Made by a program: the position numbers and the translations under genes. A stretch of DNA of 64,000 nt, taken from NCBI GenBank assembly GCA_014653455.1, contig JACWEN010000001.1:12945-76944 (forward strand). The letters are read 5' to 3'. The DNA comes from Pelagibacterales bacterium SAG-MED46 (lineage in GTDB: Bacteria > Pseudomonadota > Alphaproteobacteria > Pelagibacterales > Pelagibacteraceae). Below, piece by piece: positions 60,085 through 64,000 of the stretch. Under the pieces are notes generated by a model. The model was not told the DNA's origin. It did not search any database and saw only the letters and a list, made by a program, of their open reading frames with translations. Numbering within the stretch: position 1 is the stretch's first letter; the number at the start of each line of letters is the position of its first letter.

Positions 60085-60429
60085 GTGAATTTAAAATACA
60101 TATATAAAATTATTGACAATAAAGAGCTTAAAAAAGCTAAGTTGATAGGGTCTTATTCTGGATCTTCAAAAGATGTAAAAGATGGTTTTATCCATTTTTC
60201 TGCCCAAGAACAGGTTCAAAACACTCTTAAAAAATATTATGCAAATGAAAAAAATTTAACATTATTGAAAGTTGAAACTTTAAAGTTAGATCATCTAGTC
60301 TGGGAACAAGCATCAGATGGTAATTTTTTTCCACATCTATACTCTCCACTTAATTTAATTAATGTAGTTGCTGAATATCAAATTATATTAGAAAAAGATG
60401 GTTCTTGTAAACTTCCTAAAGAAATATAA
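60085..60429 (+). CDS. DUF952 family protein
   Basis: IYKI, D..DGFIH.S..Q, WE......FPHLY. Confidence 0.9.
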   Translation: MNLKYIYKIIDNKELKKAKLIGSYSGSSKDVKDGFIHFSAQEQVQNTLKKYYANEKNLTLLKVETLKLDHLVWEQASDGNFFPHLYSPLNLINVVAEYQIILEKDGSCKLPKEI

Positions 60430-60498
60430 TCAATTAATATAATTAAATTAATTAATTTTACTATTAGAGTAAATGTTTGGCAGATACATTTTAAAGAA

Positions 60499-61008
60499 CT
60501 AGGCCTTTTTTACAAAAGAAATAGCAGCACCAATGGTCGTCAAAAATCCAGCTAACGGCAAGATTGCAACTGCGTATTTCTTTGGCATATAATTCTCTTT
60601 GAACTCAATACCTTGAAAACTAATTTCAAAATACCACATTTCCCAATACTTACCCCGCATACCTTCTACAAGTTCAACTCCATAAATCATCAATACTATA
60701 CCAATTATCATAATCATAATCTTCCAGAACTGGCGTATATATAGTGAAATTCTATTTGGTAATTTTTCATAAATTAAATTTAAAGCTATGTGTTCATTAT
60801 CTCTGGCTGTCAGAGAAAGTGCTATAAACATCAACCAAATATTACTTAATACTGTTAGCAGATCACCCCAAACAGGAGGGTTATTGAAAACATATCGCAT
60901 GGTAACGTTATAAAGGGTGAAACCAACCATCGAAGCCAAAAAGAGTGAGCACATAGCTTCCAACATACGATGGATAAAACGGTCTATATTATTAAAAAAT
61001 TTTAACAT
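60499..61008 (-). CDS. dctQ: TRAP transporter small permease DctQ
   Basis: V.MRYVFN.P..W, W..F, HI. Confidence 0.88.
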   Translation of the reverse strand: MLKFFNNIDRFIHRMLEAMCSLFLASMVGFTLYNVTMRYVFNNPPVWGDLLTVLSNIWLMFIALSLTARDNEHIALNLIYEKLPNRISLYIRQFWKIMIMIIGIVLMIYGVELVEGMRGKYWEMWYFEISFQGIEFKENYMPKKYAVAILPLAGFLTTIGAAISFVKKA

Positions 61009-61012
61009 ATCA

Positions 61013-62296
61013 CTAATTACTCAATAGGTTTGGAAGAAACATGGTCAACTCTGGAACAACGAGGATAAAAAATAAAAGTAAAAACAGCCCAACTAGATAA
61101 GGAATTAACGCAACAGCCACCTTTTCTAAACGCACTTGTGCTATTGTTGCGGCGGTAAAGTATGCGACGCCAACAGGTGGTGTTACTGATCCTATTAAGA
61201 AACCAACTATTACAACTATAGCTGCTTGTACCTCAGGAAAGCCAGCTTGAGCCATAACATTAACTAGTACTGGGCCAACTATGATAATGTTTACAGCGGA
61301 GTCCATTACCGTTCCGAGAAGAAAAATGAATAGTATTACGGCTAAAATAAAAATAATTGGGGATTCAGTAAGGCTTAGAAGCCATTTTTCAAGATCACCG
61401 ATTGCACCTAAAGAAGTAAGTAACCAACTGAAAGGTCCCGACGCAGCTATGATAATAAAAACCATTGCAGAATTACGGAATGCCCGACGAAAAGCACCTG
61501 TACAATCTTTCCATTTAATAGTTCGATAAACGAATACACCCGTAAATAATGCAACCATTGCTGTAATAGCACCAGCCTCGACAACTGATGCCACACCACC
61601 CATTACTGAACCTACTAAAACTAAAGGTATCAAAAGGGCGAACGAGGATCGATATAATTCTCTACCGGCTCGACGTATTGAAAATGGTTGGTCACTGCGC
61701 TCAAAGTTATATTTAATTGCGAAGTAATGATTAATTATCATGATCACAACACCTATCAACACGCCTGGAATAATCCCGGCTGCAAATAATGCTGCAATCG
61801 AAATCTCAGTCGAATTAGCAAGTACAATCATCATGATACTAGGTGGAATTATGCCTCCTATGGTGGAGCTTACTCCTGTAACCGCAGCCGAAAACGCGGC
61901 AGGATATCCAGCTTTTTTCATAGCAGGTAATACTAACGCCCCAACTGTAGCTGTATCTGCTACCACGGAACCATTCATCCCCGCAAAAAACATACTCACA
62001 AGAACATTAACTTGGGCCAACCCTCCTCGTATACGTCCAATTAATGCCCTACTCAAAGCTACTAACCGGTCAGTAATCGTGGCACTTGTCATTAACTCAC
62101 CTGTCAGCATAAAGAAAGCAATTGCAGTTAATGGAACCGAGTCTATAGCGTTAAACATTTGACTAGGGATTAAAACAAGAGGTACAGCGTCAGTAAATAG
62201 AATATAAACAAATGGTATCAGTATTAATATGAAGCCAATCGGAGCACCTAATAGGATTAGAAAAAGTAGTACTACGAGTAGAATGATACTTTCCAT
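61013..62296 (-). CDS. dctM: TRAP transporter large permease DctM
   Basis: A..FF.L.GE.M, GGL..VN, GS..AD, IIPPS, LF.AG..PG, TPPVG. Confidence 0.94.
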   Translation of the reverse strand: MESIILLVVLLFLILLGAPIGFILILIPFVYILFTDAVPLVLIPSQMFNAIDSVPLTAIAFFMLTGELMTSATITDRLVALSRALIGRIRGGLAQVNVLVSMFFAGMNGSVVADTATVGALVLPAMKKAGYPAAFSAAVTGVSSTIGGIIPPSIMMIVLANSTEISIAALFAAGIIPGVLIGVVIMIINHYFAIKYNFERSDQPFSIRRAGRELYRSSFALLIPLVLVGSVMGGVASVVEAGAITAMVALFTGVFVYRTIKWKDCTGAFRRAFRNSAMVFIIIAASGPFSWLLTSLGAIGDLEKWLLSLTESPIIFILAVILFIFLLGTVMDSAVNIIIVGPVLVNVMAQAGFPEVQAAIVVIVGFLIGSVTPPVGVAYFTAATIAQVRLEKVAVALIPYLVGLFLLLFFILVVPELTMFLPNLLSN

Positions 62297-62325
62297 AGTT
62301 ACTTATATGTTATGATTAGTTTTAG

Positions 62326-62368
62326 GTAAAGATCATCTAACTCTAAAATAGAGCTAAATGATCTTTAC
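62326..62368 (-). terminator. 20-bp hairpin between dctP and dctM
   Basis: On the minus strand GUAAAGAUCAUUUAGCUCUA-UUU-UAGAGUUAGAUGAUCUUUAC is fully paired, with two G-U wobbles. Confidence 0.7.
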
Positions 62369-62388
62369 ACAGTTTTTCTTAGAACGAT

Positions 62389-63429
62389 TTACAGAGCCCC
62401 AGCTTTCTCTAACTGAGCTACAAATCCATCCATTCCTTGTTCTAGAAGCACTCTTTTAGCTACCTCTGGTTCAAAAGTACCTTTGGCATCTAACCACGCA
62501 CCGATTGCACCTTCTCTCCATTTAGACATTTCGGCTTCAGTTGGTACATACCATTCTTTAGCGGACGCTTTAATTGCATCTTCACCATTCTTAATCCAAG
62601 CGTTATCTAACTGGTTTACTTTTTCGCCATAAGCATCAGCTGCCTCGTGTAACCATTTCTTCTCTTGAGACGACAGGGCATTATACTGCTTTGCATCCAT
62701 TGCTAGAATATTTCCAGACCACATACCACCTATCTCAGTAAAGTATTTTGCAACTTCATGAAGTTTTGCTACATGTTGCCAAGGACTAGCAACATACTGA
62801 CCTTCAACTACACCTGACTGTAGGCCTGAGTATAACTGGCTCCAGTCATAAGGTGTTGGAGTTGCACCCCAATTTTTAACTAGCATGAACTCAACTGGAC
62901 TCTTAGTAGTACGCCATTTTAGTCCCTTCATATCACCTGGAACATGAACGGGTTTAGTTGCATTTCCAAGCTGTCTAAATCCACCACTTGAATATACAGA
63001 AAGACAAATATGACCAGCATTTTCAAGGGCAAGTTTACACTGCCTTTCAGCTAACCATTCATCTGATATTCTTTTTGCATCTTCTAGTGATTTAAAAATG
63101 AAAGGCAAATCGAAAATTGCTAACTCTGGTCCAAAATTACCATAGTTTGCTGTTGAACTAGTCCATAGAGCTATAAGCCCTTGATTGGCTTGTTCACCAC
63201 ATTTTTGCTCAGCGCATAAGCTTTTTTGATAATGTGGTTCGATTTTCATTTTACCACCAGATGCTTTTGCCAAGGCTGGTATCAACGCTTGATCTATGGC
63301 ATCACCGATTGGCATACCCAATCTACCAGTAGTCCCAAGCTTAAGTGTCACCTCTGCGTAGGCTGCTTGAGCAAAGAAAGCAATAGTAAACACTTTAAGC
63401 AGTGTTCTAAAAATTTGTTTAGTAAACAT
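62389..63429 (-). CDS. dctP: TRAP transporter substrate-binding protein DctP
   Basis: Signal peptide (AQAAYA), FDLPF.F, GFRQ, D.KGLK.R, WGA.PTP..W..LY..LQ.GVV.G. Confidence 0.93.
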   Translation of the reverse strand: MFTKQIFRTLLKVFTIAFFAQAAYAEVTLKLGTTGRLGMPIGDAIDQALIPALAKASGGKMKIEPHYQKSLCAEQKCGEQANQGLIALWTSSTANYGNFGPELAIFDLPFIFKSLEDAKRISDEWLAERQCKLALENAGHICLSVYSSGGFRQLGNATKPVHVPGDMKGLKWRTTKSPVEFMLVKNWGATPTPYDWSQLYSGLQSGVVEGQYVASPWQHVAKLHEVAKYFTEIGGMWSGNILAMDAKQYNALSSQEKKWLHEAADAYGEKVNQLDNAWIKNGEDAIKASAKEWYVPTEAEMSKWREGAIGAWLDAKGTFEPEVAKRVLLEQGMDGFVAQLEKAGAL

Positions 63430-63738
63430 CTATTAAATCTCCTTTTTATTAAATTAATTTTAGATTAAATATTTTAAGGATAGTTTTCATTAAATACAAG
63501 ATGTAATAATAAATACAATTCAAGGTAGCAAATATAATTTATTAGAAAAAATTATTATAAAGATTCAATAAAATCTAATTTGACCCAAATTGAGCAAATA
63601 TTTTCTTTAATTTACATTATGCAATTTAGTTAAATTAAATTTTTAAAACGATATTTATACTTAACACTTAATACAAATTTTTTAGTTGATGAGTTTAAAA
63701 TTACTAAAAATTACTAGAAGATAAACATATATTGCCAA

Positions 63739-63966
63739 CTAATCTTTAGAGGCGATTTTATTAACTAAGGGTCTCATTACAGGCGCAAGGGTGAAAGCCG
63801 AAATAAGAGCAACTGGAAATGCAAACATCCAGGAGTAAAACCATTTATGAGAAAAACCATCTATTATTCCAGTGTTTACAGCTGTAACAACTCCACTCAT
63901 AATAACACTCATACCAAAAGACATTAAAATCATAAATAAAGGTTGAGCATATTTTTTTGAAATCAT
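63739..63966 (-). CDS. DUF2798 family small membrane protein
   Basis: MS..MS..MS, W..SW..AFPVA, P..R..V. Confidence 0.8.
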   Translation of the reverse strand: MISKKYAQPLFMILMSFGMSVIMSGVVTAVNTGIIDGFSHKWFYSWMFAFPVALISAFTLAPVMRPLVNKIASKD

Positions 63967-64000
63967 ATTTAATTATTACCTAACAAGTTGACCATTAAAA

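Noticed and set aside
40234..63468. Short opposite-strand ORFs (40234, 40683, 41118, 41660, 49127, 49772, 56358, 58353, 61281, 61740, 63226)
   Set aside because: Antisense shadows of recognised genes.
63430..63738. Possible ncRNA, origin or repeat array in the long AT-rich spacer
   Set aside because: I found no convincing stem, direct-repeat array or ORF; it is most simply the TRAP promoter region.
1..64000. CRISPR arrays, tRNA/rRNA, IS elements, prophage or defence systems; A/T homopolymers as phase-variation tracts
   Set aside because: Nearly all sequence is explained by intact metabolic genes, and I saw no spaced repeats or mobility genes. A/T runs are expected at this base composition and none visibly breaks a reading frame.

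Overview
AT-rich, densely packed alphaproteobacterial chromosome segment. Gene content, tiny intergenic spacers and frequent stop/start overlaps fit a SAR11/Pelagibacterales genome (inference). I saw no rRNA, tRNA, CRISPR array, integrase or transposase. The window holds five blocks. (1) A methylated-amine, C1 and organosulfur region: the soxG 3' end, an atypical M19 'dipeptidase' cluster, a GcvT/DmdA-like demethylase with MetF, and a divergent run of about 15 kb. That run encodes a Rieske oxygenase, an APS-kinase-like/nucleotidyltransferase pair, two Fe(II)/2OG oxygenases, a crotonase, a SELENBP1-type methanethiol-oxidase-like protein with a ferredoxin, a BT1 transporter, a dimethylglycine dehydrogenase-like enzyme and ETF/ETF-QO. 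(2) purKE, hisI, folE, acuI and a LysR regulator. (3) An Fe(III) ABC operon with Fur-box-like palindromes and an inserted Cys-motif microprotein. (4) A 14 kb sugar-acid catabolic cluster with a TRAP transporter, followed by ppc. (5) A second, GC-richer TRAP transporter in P-M-Q order. The best leads are the signal-peptide-less SELENBP1/ferredoxin cassette, the minimal kinase plus HxGH nucleotidyltransferase pair, the metal-site-altered dipeptidase cluster, and several small ORFs and RNA hairpins absent from the ORF track. All product calls come from motif recognition by eye; no database search was run.
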